A DNA stretch of 64,000 nt. Source: Antedon mediterranea. Its lineage: Eukaryota; Animalia; Echinodermata. The position numbers and the translations under genes were made by a program. The stretch covers positions 11,589,812-11,653,811 of the forward strand of contig NC_092675.1 of the NCBI RefSeq assembly GCF_964355755.1, in the 5' to 3' direction. How positions within the stretch are numbered: the stretch's first letter is position 1; each line of letters begins with the position of its first letter. The notes beneath the pieces were generated by a model. It saw only the letters and a list, made by a program, of their open reading frames with translations. It had not been told where the DNA came from and made no database searches. Of this stretch, positions 26,626 through 39,257 are shown piece after piece.

Positions 26626-26865
26626 AAAAGAAATATTTTTATAGAATCTGTAAATTCAAGGTGTTATCAGGATTTTGTATGATTTTGGTCGGATTTTGTG
26701 TACACTAGTACCATATTGTAGGGTCTTCGCTTTCGAGGTATTCGATCTTTGCTTCGATATCCTCAAGCTCAAGCCCGATCTTCTGTGTGGTCTTGATTGT
26801 TCCCCGCTAGCCTATTATCCCAAATCATTAAAATTGTAATTTTATAGTTCTATGATGGGTAGGCT

Positions 26866-27692
26866 GGCGCTAGTTCCGTTTCGCACCTGTTTTTATTTCG
26901 ACTTCCTTCTGACAGACTTATTGTGAATGCCACACCTTATAATTGGGCCTCATAACTACTTTTATGAAGAAGACATGTTTCTCGCATACCGTTCGCGAAT
27001 TTAGCATACTCGATCGAAGTTCAATATTTTCGTTTCTATGGAGCGCCAAAAGAGCAATTATAATAAATAGATGGTTAAAAACTCAGTGGAATGCATCTTC
27101 TTTTAATGCATCTAGGCCTATTATTGAAATACACATTTAATTTCAATATTATTTTGTCAATAAAAATGCTGTAACATGTTACTGCTAATAATGTGCTGTT
27201 TTCAAAAATATCAACCGAACCTAAATTAGCATCACTACCTATCACAGGCCTAAGGGTATTATTTAGATCATTGAGGTATAAACCTATACATGTAATCTAA
27301 TATCATGATGAATTTGTCGATTTTTATTCTTAAAAGTTAACGAAAACCATGTACAGTATCAACAGTAACATTTTTGTTGCATTGACATTGACAATGACAA
27401 AATATATTAAAATTGAACGTAATCTTCACCAATAAATGCCTTAACTATACGCATTATAATACTGAGTTTTTAGCCATATTATAGTTGCTCTTTTGACGCT
27501 CCATAGAAACAACAACATTGAACATGGAGTATGCGAAATTCATCAACTTAAAGGACTTATTATAATTTGTTAATTTTTGTGTGATCTCCTTCGTAAAAGT
27601 ATTTTTGAGGGCTAATTCTAAAGTGTGGTATTCACGATAAAGTTACTCAACACATTTTGAGTCGAAATTAATGACGAAACGAAACTAGCGCC
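26866..27692. mobile_element. Old long-TIR MITE with 8-bp TSD (GG...CC ends; Merlin- or MULE-like, uncertain)
   Basis: ggcgctagttccgtttcg ... cgaaacgaaactagcgcc; imperfect inverted similarity extends ~200 bp; TSD GGTAGGCT on both sides. Confidence 0.75.
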
Positions 27693-27790
27693 GGTAGGCT
27701 AGCCCTCCTAGGCCACTAGTACTACTACAACTTACAACGGAAGCCTAGGCCCTAGTAGCTAGGCCTAGTCTAGGCTATTTAGCCTGGATC

Positions 27791-28459
27791 GGTTATCAGA
27801 CGATCGGGACCACGGACGATCGGGCCCAGACGATCGGGCCCACTTCAAGACGATCAGGCCCAAATCATGAGACTATCGGGCCCATCAAGGGTGAAAGACG
27901 ATCGGGCCCAGAGACGATCGGGCCCAGAGACGATCGGGCCCAGACGATCGGGCCCAACAAACAAGACGATCGGGCCCAAAACATTCTCGAGAAAATAAAA
28001 AATTTTTAAAAATAAATAAATACGCGAATACAAACAACACAATAATAACAATCAAAATCAATCACATTTATTCAAATCGAGAGTATTGGTAAGAAATTCT
28101 TAAAACCAGTTGTGGGAAAATAGGGTAAAATTATGATAAAATCAGAAAAAATATAATTTATTACTTTTAAATTAAAATCTTAAGTAGGGCCAGGCCTACG
28201 CAAGAAAAGCACGTTGACACTGAGCACTAGGAATGAAAAATGATGAAATGTGGCAAATTATTTTGTATATCACAAAAGACTATCAGGCCCAACGCTAAGA
28301 CGATCGGGACCAACTGGTAAGACGATCGGGCCCAACGCGGTTCTGAAAACACTGGACGATCGGGCCGCCCAACTGGTATGACGATCGGGCCCAACGCTGA
28401 AGACGATCGGGACCACGTTTTCTGGGCCCGATCGTCTTGGGCCCGATCGTCTGTTCCCC
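27791..28459. mobile_element. Minisatellite-bearing TIR element (gacgatcgggccc repeats)
   Basis: Direct repeats flip to the inverted form at the right end; 8-bp TSD CCTGGATC at 27783-27790 and 28460-28467. Confidence 0.8.
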
Positions 28460-29139
28460 CCTGGATCACCTTTTTTAGCCTAGCCTAGCCTAGCCTAGTA
28501 GGCCTACTACCCCTAGGCTAGGCCTAGGCCTAGACCTACTTATTTTAGGGCCTACTAGGCTAGGCTAGCTAGCTAGGCCTACTATTTATTATTATACAGA
28601 CCTTAAAGGGGCATCATACATATTGAGACCTAGCTAGGTAGGCAAGTCTGTATAAATTCAACTAAAATATAATAAACTAGCTAGAAGCTAGGCCTAGGCT
28701 AGATAGAAACCATTGTCATCCGCCGGCGGCTAGCTTTATCGCCACAACAACACACAAAATACAAACATCCGCCAATTCGTATGGAACGCCGTTCGTTTAC
28801 GCAACATTTCGATGATATGAATTTTGGAAGGATCTAAATCTCCCTACTCCTCCAATCCAGGAGATCTTCTACGCATGTGTAGATATTTACTACTTCATCA
28901 TATATGTATCGTATTTTACTTGCGGTCCGGCCATGCAGTATTTACTCACACGTCGCTTATTTTATACCGTATTACACAGTACTTAAATATATGTATATCC
29001 CTTTCCCAGACATCCCACAGCTATATACATGGAATTAAAGTGTAGGCCTACCAAACATTTTTGAAAAAGATATTATTAGATATCATAATCGGGTTATGTT
29101 TATGCTGTAGGAAAAAGGAGAATCAACGTAAACGAATAC

Positions 29140-30800
29140 TAATCCACTGTACATAGCCGTATACCTGCCCTGACGTATGACAAATAAGATATTGATTATT
29201 TGTCATCCTTCAGGGCAAGTACGGTATTGTATGATTCCACTGTACATAGCCGTATACCTGCCCTGACGTATGACAAATAAGACATTTATTATTTGTCATC
29301 CTTCAGGGCAGGTATTGTATGATTCCACTGTACATAGCCGTATACCTGCCCTGACGTATGACAAATAAGACATTTATTATTTGTCATCCTTCAGGACAGG
29401 TATTGTATGATTCCACTGTACATAGCCGTATACCTGCCCTGACATTATTTGTCATCCTTCAGAGGGCAGGTAGTGTATGATTCTACTGTACATAGCCGTA
29501 TACCTGCCCTGACGGTGCCCTTTTTTTAGAGGTTCAATATTTTATTCGTGTGACATATTTGTGTGTATATTAGTATGTACAGAGTAGGCTACACTAACCC
29601 CAAAAATTAAAACAGAAATTTATCACAATGAGCGCGATGTTAAGTTACGGCGGCCGATCAAAGAGCATCGTGAGAGGTGGTGACGCGTGATGATCTCTAC
29701 TTAAACTTCTAAAAATAGATCGTTTCACATACTACAGAGGGCGCATGTAAACTTTTTACGATTCAACTCCGCGTACGTTACCATGCGCGCTAATTGACGC
29801 GATTATTTGTCCATTGGTAAACACATTTTTATGTATTATTATTCTGAAAATAATTGAACTGTAAACATAATTCTTTTGAGTATTTGTTTATTTACATATC
29901 ATTCCATCAGATCAACTATTTTTTATTTCCATTACATCCAACCAAACATGTAAAAAATGTAGTTAAAATATCGTACTAGGGCGCGTACGACCATACGCGG
30001 TAGATTGTTTACTCAAAAATCATCGAACGGGTCCTTACACTATTCAACCTTGTTTTTGTAGTTGAGCCTCTCATGACCTGGGATTTGTTTGTCTTCCTAC
30101 GCCAAGATAATATAGTTCTACAAGCCATGTGCTTTTTTCTCTGAGAAATATTTATTATAAGTGCCAAAAAAATGTTTTTTTCTCGATAAAATAACAACTT
30201 TTAATTTTGCATCGTTATCCCTGCTAATAAGGTGTTATTTCCGGCAAACTAGAAAGGTGCCATTTATCATGGATTTTGCGTGCGAGAGTGCCATTTCCGG
30301 CCATCTAAGTGTGTCCTGTAACAAAATTCGCTTCGCCACAACCCCCACCATGGGGGGGGGGGGGGCTGTGGCTCAAATACTCAATATCTGATGTGCCCTT
30401 TTTATTGGCGGACCCCCCCCCCCCCCCTCTCAAAAAAATGTCTGGATCCGCCCCAGACATAGCCGCATACCTGCCCTCTGACGTATGACAAATAAGACAT
30501 TTATTATTTGTCATCCTTCAGGGCAGGTATTGTATGATTCCACTGTACATAGCCGTATACCTGCCCTGACGTATGACAAATAATTAGACATTTATTATTT
30601 GTCATCCTTCAGGGCAGGTATTGTATGATTCCACTGTAGGCCTACATACGGCTATGCACAGTGGAATCATACAATACCTGCTCTGAAGAAGGATGACAAA
30701 TAATAAAATGTCTTATTTGTCATACGTCAGGGCAGGTATACGGCTATGTACAGTGGAATCATACAATACCTGCCCTGAAGGATGACAAATAATAAATGTC
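29140..30800. repeat. ~88-bp hairpin-forming tandem repeat, split by an insertion (~29515-30456) and inverted at ~30640
   Basis: Unit ccactgtacatagccgtatacctgccctgacgtatgacaaataa...ttatttgtcatccttcagggcaggtattgtatgatt; reverse-complement units after 30640. Confidence 0.85.
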
Positions 30801-30940
30801 ATGTAATTTCATGTATATAGCTGAGGAGGATGGTCTGGGAAAGCGATATATATCTATATATAAATTTATGTAAGGGCAAAAATCTGTAAATCGAGCGTTA
30901 TTTCTAGAATGTTTACTCGAATCGTATATAAAGTTGGTTA

Positions 30941-33145
30941 AGGCTGGTTTCCTGTCGACGTAAGAAGTCGAATTTTGCAACGATTCTTGCGTTTCATACG
31001 TTTCTTACGTCTCTGAGAAAAAATTGACGTCGTTGACGTTAGTCAAGATCGTGTCGGGCCGCAGAGAAACATCTGTAGTTATGCTGCTCCCGAAAGTTGA
31101 AATTTTGGCTGTGAAACACACGTCGTATGCTTACGTCGATTTTAGTGTTGTTACGAAAGTTGAAATTTTTTTCTTACGTCGGTCGGATTTATGACGTATT
31201 TGAAACAACATCTCTGATTGGTGTTTCTTTTTAGAGCGGGTTTTATCATTTTTCGCGCAAAATGTTGAATGTTGTTATTGTAGCCTACCTGTCAGTGCAG
31301 CACACCAACATGTTATTTTCAGTAGATAAGCTAGGCCCTAGTATTAGTAAAATACTTAATTAATACTGTACGGTACCGTAGGCTACTAATAGGAATTGAT
31401 TTGACCAAATAATCAAACTAGCCTAGGCTAGTAGGCCTATGTATTATTTGTATGAATCAAAATATGAATTAATTATCCTGGCCCTCTAGGCCTAGCCTTA
31501 AATAGTTTTCAAAATTAAAAAAAGGCAAATCATTTCGAGATCATCCTATTATTATTAGACCTACCTAGGCCCTAGACTATAGGCATTGGCCTATTGGCCT
31601 ATAAGCATATCTAATCGAGCATGAGATAGTACTACCGCAGTAAGATACCCATTATTTACTGGCCTATAATCTATATATAAATTTACGTAAGGGCAAAATT
31701 CGGTAAATCGCGCTTTACTTCTAGAATTTTTACTCGATGGTATATAAAGTTGGTTCGTACTTTCGGTACTGATTTTAACCACCTGATGTAACCCTGTTTA
31801 CTAATTAAATTAAGTTAGATAATTAGTTATTGACGATTAAAACGAATTTAGGTTCAACGATTTGCCCAATAGGGGTGTTTTCCGATCGTGGTATACACTG
31901 TCTAATAATGGATGTCCATCTTGAAAAATACCCGCCACAAAAATGCGAGGAGGCTTCGCATTTTCCTATCTCCTCCTACGATAATTGTTTTTAATAGCTG
32001 AAAACCGGTTAAACAGCTAGAGTACAGCATCATAATGTTGGAGACAGGCCGATTTTCTTTAAAAAATACTATTTTGATTTAATATACGATTATACAAATG
32101 TATTGATTTGCGATGAATGGAACATCCCAATCTCTCAGTCTGCCAGAGTTTGGTTTAACACAAGTAGGTAAATTTATGAGCCCTTGGTTTAACACATACG
32201 GTAGCCAAATATATGGGCCCTTTGAGAATAAACTTGAACAATACTGTAAATACCTATTATAATTACCTATTTTTGGTCCTCATTTGAATCGAACATTTCT
32301 TACTGTGAATGTTCGTACTGTTAGATGTAATATAAAAATATATACAAATAAACTTATTACTGAGATTGTGGATAGGCTCTACTGTTAGATATATAAACAT
32401 ATTATTATATACAAATAACCTATACTGACAGTTCCTTCTCAACGTTTGTATTAATTAATAATTACCAAAAATATAAACGTCGTAGTGGTGTATCGTGACT
32501 ATATTTCAATCGATTATGACAGTGACAGTTTTAACAAAGTATTAAATCGCAAATATTTTACTGTATTTAGAGGTATATTATTTATAGGCCTATAAAACAT
32601 GAAAAAAATATTTCGTTACTGAGTGCATAAAGAATATATTTAAAAATTGTTCCTCTTTGCATCTATCCGCTTTCCCATCCCTCAACCCTAAAACTCCCTG
32701 ATTAGAACATGATTAGGCTAAAATTATAGTAGTAAATACATACAAATGTTATTGTCCGGCTTTATTTCACTATAAGGACATACACATTACGTCATAACTC
32801 TTGTCGCTCATTGGTTGCTTGTTACGATTGCGCTTACGTCTCTTGCGAAAGTTGACTTCAAGTCAACTTTCGTAAGAGACGTAAGAAACATGACGCAAGG
32901 GCGTTCATTCAAGCGTAAGATAAAAAATCCCGGTTTCCTGTAAAATCGGAAGAAAACGTCGTAACGCAACAATGGTTAGGTCATCGGTTTCCTGTAAAAT
33001 CGTTTGTCGTTACCATTTTTCTTACGTTGCGTCGATTTTATAAATTTTCGATCGTAATCGGTTTCCTGTAAAATCCGCATTTCTTACGACAAATCGACGT
33101 AGTCGCAACAAAAGTGATGTTCATACGTCGACAGGAAACCAACCT
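30941..33145. mobile_element. PIF/Harbinger-like non-autonomous element
   Basis: TIR aggctggtttcctgtcgacgta / tacgtcgacaggaaaccaacct; TTA TSD on both sides; subterminal ggtttcctgtaaaatc repeats. Confidence 0.8.
31670..32690 (+). mobile_element. Inner copy of the same Helitron-like repeat
   Basis: Homologous to the flanks of the Harbinger element that contains it. Confidence 0.65.
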
Positions 33146-34467
33146 TTAGAATCTCGGTACTGATTTTAACCACCTGATGTAACCCTGTTTACTAATTAAA
33201 TTGAGTTAGATAATTAGTTATTGACAATTAAAACGAATTTAGGTTCAACGATTTGCCCCAAATAGGGGTGTTTTTCGATCGTGGTATACACTGTCTAATG
33301 GATGTCCGTCTTGAAAAATACCCGAAGACAATAATACGAGGATGCTTCGCATTTTCCTATCTCCTCCTACGATAATTGTTTTTAATGGCTGAAAACCGGT
33401 TGAACAGCTCGAGTACAGCATCATAATGTTGAAGACAGGCCGATTTTCTTTAAAAAAATACTATTTTGATAGATTTAATATACGTTTATATAAATGTATT
33501 GATTTGCGATGAATGGAACATTCCAATCTCTGTTACACAAGTGTCTATTCCCTCAAGCGTCGTAAAGGCAAGTACTGTATACTCATAACAGAAATTCGAT
33601 CCATTTTTTTTCCAATCTGTTCTGCAGAGGTTGGATATTATTTTTTTTTAACGGATAATGAGCTAGCGTTTTCAGTCGCCGTATATTATGTACAAATCTT
33701 TATTATTGCATTTAAACCACCCACATCATCACCCTTCCCTCACTGGCATGAGTAGCGTTGTAAAGCCAGTAGAGGATAAGCCTATACGGTGCATCACATG
33801 CCCTAAACGCAGAACAACTTTGGTGGGTAGGGTAGGAACCAACTTAATTATGAATTGGCTCTAAGAAACAATTGAAAACCATTAGGCCTACTAATTAAGT
33901 TGAGTTAGATAATTTAATATTTATTGACGATTAAATCGAATTTATGATTTTCCCCGAATAGAGGTGGTTTTCACAAATTGTTTAACATTATATATAAACA
34001 TACGTCATAGTGTATCGTTACATGTACTGTACTATTTCAATCGACTACGACGGTGATAGTTTCAACAAAGTATTACATCGCAATGTTTTACTGTGTTTAG
34101 TGGTATATTATTTGTAAAACATGAAAACAATTAATATTTCGTTACAAAATAAAGAATATATTTAAAAATTGTTCCTCTTTGCACCCATCCTCTCTTCCCC
34201 ATCCCTCAACCATAATGTTACATACAAAACACAAAATAAGTTTGTTTAAATCTGACTTTTAAAACAATTGGTCTCATTTTGTGACAAGTTTCTCTTTCGG
34301 AAGTAATTCCCAGGGTGCTAATTTTAGTTGAGTACATAAATCACACTGTCTATTTATTCGTTCCTGTAAACGACATGTATTATTGTCCTGCATTATTGTA
34401 CATTTGAAATCGCCAGTTTTTTAATGCTGAAATCATTATGTATTCGAGAACCATCTGTGGGCACGAC

Positions 34468-34836
34468 CTAGATGGTACGCGAGCGAAGCGAGCGTACCAT
34501 CTAGTTTATACGGTGGCCTATAAGTGTCACGGCAAAAAAATAAAAAAATAAAAAATATCACGGCAATTTTTTCAAAAAAAGCCACGGCAATTTGAAAAAA
34601 GCCACGGCAATTTGAAAAAAGCCACGGCAATTTGAAAAAAGCCACGGCAAATTGAAAATAAAACATCACGGCAAATTAAAAATAAAACATCGCGGCAATT
34701 TAACAAAAATACCAGGGCAACTTAAAGATGAAACACCACGGCAAATTAGTATTGAAACACCACTGCAAATTAATAGTGAAACACCACGGCAAATTACAGA
34801 ATGCCACGGCGGAAGTGAGTTACCACGGCGGAAGTG
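34468..34836. repeat. Palindrome plus cacggcaa minisatellite (HINE-like remnant)
   Basis: ctagatggtacgcgagcgaagcgagcgtaccatctag hairpin, then repeated ~20-bp units containing cacggcaa. Confidence 0.65.
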
Positions 34837-34890
34837 AAACCTTTGGAATCTTCGATTTTTTCTGAGGTAAGTAATTATTTGTGCATTGAT

Positions 34891-35211
34891 GTGGGGGGGG
34901 GGGGGGGGGGGGGGGGAGGTAGGGGGGGGGGGGGGGTAGTTGACCGGAGGGGGGGTAGTTGACCGGGGGTAGTTACCCGGGGGTAGTTATCCTAAGGGGG
35001 TAGTTGTCCTAAGGGGTGGATGTCCGGGGGGGTAGTTGTCCGGGGGGGGGGGTTGTTATCCTAAGGGGGTAGTTGTCCTAAGGGGGTAGTTTTCCGGGGG
35101 GTAGTTGTCCGGGGGGTAGTTGTCCTAAGGGGGGGTAGTTGTCCGGGTGGTAAACATCCGGGGGGTAAACATCCGGGGGGTAACTGTCTAGGGGGTAGGT
35201 GTCCTAGAACC
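34891..35211. repeat. G-rich ggggtagttgtcc minisatellite (right arm of a TIR element)
   Basis: Poly-G runs and tandem ggggtagttgtcc, ending ggtgtcctagaacc. Confidence 0.75.
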
Positions 35212-35431
35212 ATATATTATATTATCCTAAAAAAATGAGCTGGTAAATCCACTTGTAGGTTGAAGAAAGATTTGTAATTTTGGCTCTGGTAACTAATTTT
35301 AAAATCATATTAAATTAATATTTCCGAAACTATAAATCAGGGATAATCTTTTTATATAACTTTCAAGCAAGGAACTATTTTTTAATGATTTTCAAAAAGC
35401 ACTTTACTCCATTAAAAATAAAAATTAATTA

Positions 35432-35578
35432 GGGGTGACTTTGCGTTGGGGCGACTTTGAGATGGGGCGACTTTGCGATGGGCGACTTTGAGATGGGGCG
35501 ACTTTGTTTTGGGGCGACTTTGTATTGGGCGACTTTGCGATGGGGCGACTTTGCGATGGGGCGACTTGACTGGATCGC
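35432..35578. repeat. ggggcgactttg minisatellite immediately upstream of PREB exon 1
   Basis: About 9 tandem ~16-bp units. Confidence 0.8.
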
Positions 35579-35626
35579 ACTCGATCTGGGGGAAGAGGAG
35601 CCCACAGTTAGTAGTAGTGTATAGAA

Positions 35627-35746
35627 ATGGCAGCACAGCTAGCGTTTATAGATTTTCCTCCTTATGTTATAAGATGTCTTGATGAGGTGCGGTTTGTTGT
35701 CGCCGGAGGTGGTGGACAAGCAAGGACAGGAGTTCCAAACGGAATT
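35627..35746 (+). CDS. PREB: PREB/SEC12 (Sar1 GEF) coding exon 1: MAAQLAFIDFPPYVIRCLDEVRFVVAGGGGQARTGVPNGI
   Basis: ATG, 40 codons, GTAAGT donor (phase 0). FP.Y and AGGGG..(K/R)TG..NG match the Sec12 K-loop (human AAGGGGAAKTGIKNG). Confidence 0.9.
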
Positions 35747-36809
35747 GTAAGTTTTACTTTTTCCTAGGCCTAGCCTAAATAGGCCTATTTTTAATGACAA
35801 GTATGATTTTGTCGACGTGGCGGTAGGCCTAGGCCTACACACCTGTGTGTGTTAGCCTTGCTAGCTAGGGATACAGGTCAACCCGTACCCATGCCAACTG
35901 GTACCTAAAGTTTGGCTTACTTAGGGCCTACTCGTACCCATCATGGGCTGGCTCGTACCCATCATGGGCTGGCCCGTACCCATCATGGGCTGGCCCGTAC
36001 CCAAACATCTGACATGTCGGGGTTCATATTACATCAATCAACAAAAAGGTAAACAACATGGCGAGGACATGGCCACAGCTTTTCTCCGGTAGAAAAGTCA
36101 CATTTGAAATATGACGATTTAGACACTGTAAGTAACTGATAAATAATCTGTATTTATTATAAATTAATTGTATGCTTCAAAACCTAGGGCCTATTAATTA
36201 CAATTTACAATTAAAGATGGATTTTAGACAAGTTTACGTTCTATGTTTACGCCTAGCTAGATTCATTCAACACGCCTGTTGCGTTTCGAACAGCGTGTTT
36301 CGAAAAACTCAAACTCACTTCAACGATTGTTTTTATATATTTAGAAGCATATTTTTATAATTTTTATAGTATTTTGTATAATTTGTTGTCATGATTCATG
36401 CACATCAAACTGCGCATGTAAATTTGATTTATTTGTTGACAATTTGTTTACAATGACCTTGATTTTTAACCTCATGAGCGATTTAAGCGCTTATCGGGGT
36501 GAATCAGTTAAACCAACGTGTATGATCGTTTCACTAAATTATTTAATAAAAAAATTAATGGAAAACGATCATCATATGTCATTGTTTCGTTATCTACTTG
36601 ACAACTATAAATGCATGTTTTTTTTTTATATATAAAGGGAAATCCCCGGTCAGCAAAAACATGTAGCTGTTATAGAGGAAACATCTGCCAAAATTTTTAT
36701 CGCCTAAACAAACTGTGTATCATCATTTTACTGAATTATTGAATAAAAAAATATATGGAAAACGATCATACATCATTGCGTTGTCTATTTGGGAGGTACA
36801 GTGGATTTC

Positions 36810-37665
36810 GATCCAAGTCGGCCCTAAACCGTCTCGGCCAAAGTCAAGTCGGCCCCCAAGTCAAGTCGGCCCCAAGTCAACTCGGCCTCAAGTCAACTCG
36901 GCCTCACGTCAACTCGGCCAAAAAATAATCGGTCAACTCGGCCCCGTTAAAGTATGGAACGCAAAAAGTGCAAATGAAGGGGATTGATAAAATAATATTT
37001 CTTCACAATTTTTTAACTATAAATAATTCTGAATTTTAATGAATATTAATATTTAGACAATATATTTAGCAAAAAAAATAGGAATGATTTCACCAACTTT
37101 CCTTTATTTACGTTTAAAAAAATTTCAAATTGCACAATTGAAAACAACTCGTAGCTGCGCCTCCCTGCGCCTTTGGCAGCTTTTACGATATCTACAACTG
37201 CTACGTGTTTTCACTGACCAGGGGATTCCCCTTTTTTTTTAAACGCAAATCATGGACAAAAACGATGTACGATCATTTTTTCTATGGCCAAATAGTGGAA
37301 CGTAGGCGCGCCTTCGTCTTCGATTTACTAAAAATGCGGTACCTGCACATGTTTTTGTAACACGCGGGTACTTATATTCATATCGGCAATGAGTTCATTT
37401 TTTTATATGATATTATTTAATTATATTATTTTTTTTATTTCTTCATTTTTTTTAAAGCGTGGATAGTAAGAATCATAATAATATTAAGCACTTTTTGCGT
37501 TCCATACTTTATTGTGGCCGAGTTGACCGATTGGTTTTTAGCCGAGTTAACGTGAGGCCGAGTTGACTTGAGGCCGAGTTCACTTGAGGCCGAGTTGACT
37601 TGGGGCTGACTTGACGTGGGGCCAACTTGACTTTGGCCGAGACGGTTTAGGGCCGACTTGACCTG
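36810..37665. mobile_element. MITE with long inverted arms of caagtcggcc/gtcaactcggcc repeats
   Basis: 36812-36975 is the reverse complement of ~37488-37661 (aagtcggccctaaaccgtctcggccaaagtc). Confidence 0.75.
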
Positions 37666-38398
37666 CACATGTAGAGAGAGTCGGGCGCACAGTAGGCCAG
37701 AATTTGTTCAAAGTGTGCCAAAAGTCTTTACGCTTGAATACAAGTCTCCCGGATCGTCTGGGAGTCTCTCGAATTTTTAACCTGTAAAACATACATTTTC
37801 TCCCGGAATTATTAATGTTAAAAATGTGTGGTTCTTATATCTCGATACGTTACGACGAGTTGCGTTGAATTGACGGAATTCAACGATTTTGCAGGAAAAT
37901 AGTAAAAATCAAGGTTAAAAAATCGTTGAAATCTGCAATCACAATATGCTACGTCAGTAGGAAGCTAATTTTTTGGAAAATGTGCATATTTTATTAATTT
38001 TATCATTAAAATTGACCAATATGGCAAGCCAAGTCCGCCAAAAGTCCTCAATCTATCCTCCATACCATTCAACAACAATGCATTTATCATCAACCCAAAC
38101 CATTCATGTAAAAAATCAATGTAAACCTAAATAATTCACCGTCTAGCCACACCATTTGTTATCATTTCATTCAATTCATTGTCGTTCATCGCGAAGTAAT
38201 TCATCAATAAAAAGTCATTCATCAATAAAAAGTCATTCATCATTAAGTCTCGCTCATCATTAATTCGTTCATCATCAAGTCGTTCATCCTCAAGTCGTTG
38301 ATAGGGTAGCGAAAATAGCTGTGTCGCATTTATATTTATGATTTGATTTGATCACTTTATTTCAGAATAAATACTTCACAACAAAAAATAATACAAAC

Positions 38399-38620
38399 CG
38401 GAGCTGTAGCTTGGTGGTTAACGTGCTTGCCTTCCAATCCCAAGGTCCCGGGTTCAATCCTGACCTAGTGCAGGGTTGTAACTCATGACTCTTTCAACTC
38501 CACTCCCTAAGCCTCAAATGAGACTTAGTTTATAAGCACGATAAATTATTAAATAGTTTATCCATCTTGTAATTGGCGAGTTACTCGCTGTTGGATGAAA
38601 AAAAAAAAAAAAAAAAAAAA
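38399..38620 (+). mobile_element. tRNA-derived SINE
   Basis: A box tagcttggtgg, B box ggttcaatcc, poly-A tail. Confidence 0.75.
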
Positions 38621-39257
38621 TCAAACTAAAATATGATTTTTTCCCACTTAGTGTAGAGATTTGAATATCGTAACAAATAGTTCATAGTACACCTAACCAG
38701 ATCATTTTCAATATTCACAACTCTTAATCTAAAACCATAGACGCACTTGCGTACATGCTCGTAAAAAAGAATTCTCCTCGTGGCAAACATGTTACTAGCA
38801 CTACAGTGCTTAGGTAAGCCTAGCAACATTCTCAATGAGTTGTTGTACACCTCCAGAGATTTAATAGTTTTTACAGTGTGGTTACACCATAACATACAAC
38901 AGTACATATTAGTCCAAAACAACCTGAACAAATTCTATTTAACATTCTCATTACATCTACTAAAGCGTCTACTAAGAGTGTTACCTTGAATGCAAAGAGC
39001 TCGATACTGGCAATTAATGTCATTAGAATCATCTAAATTATTACGAAAAAATATGTCCTAGGTAAGTCACTTCATTGAGATAATCATTATTTAGCATAAT
39101 ATTTGATACCACTTCACCATGTTTCTTCTTTGGAGAAAAAAACCATACAGACAGATTTTTTTGCGTTATATATAACATCATGTTCTAGACCATACTGCTC
39201 ACATATTTTAACCATATTTTTTAACCCATAAAAAGATGGAGCCATAATAGTCATGTC

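Larger units (their letters stand above)
30853..34215 (+). mobile_element. Helitron-like non-autonomous repeat, outer copy, interrupted by a Harbinger-like element
   Basis: Starts a|tctatatataaattt. 30853-30940 joined to 33149-34215 is colinear with the uninterrupted copy at ~31670-32690. 3' end uncertain. Confidence 0.55.

Noticed and set aside
26690-26810. Possible minus-strand coding exon (GTIKTTQKIGLELEDIEAKIEYLESEDPTIWY*)
   Set aside because: No clear splice acceptor and no recognisable homology
38399-38475. tRNA gene (also ~48690-48752 and ~61574-61660)
   Set aside because: A/B boxes are present but no convincing cloverleaf; embedded in SINE or HINE sequence
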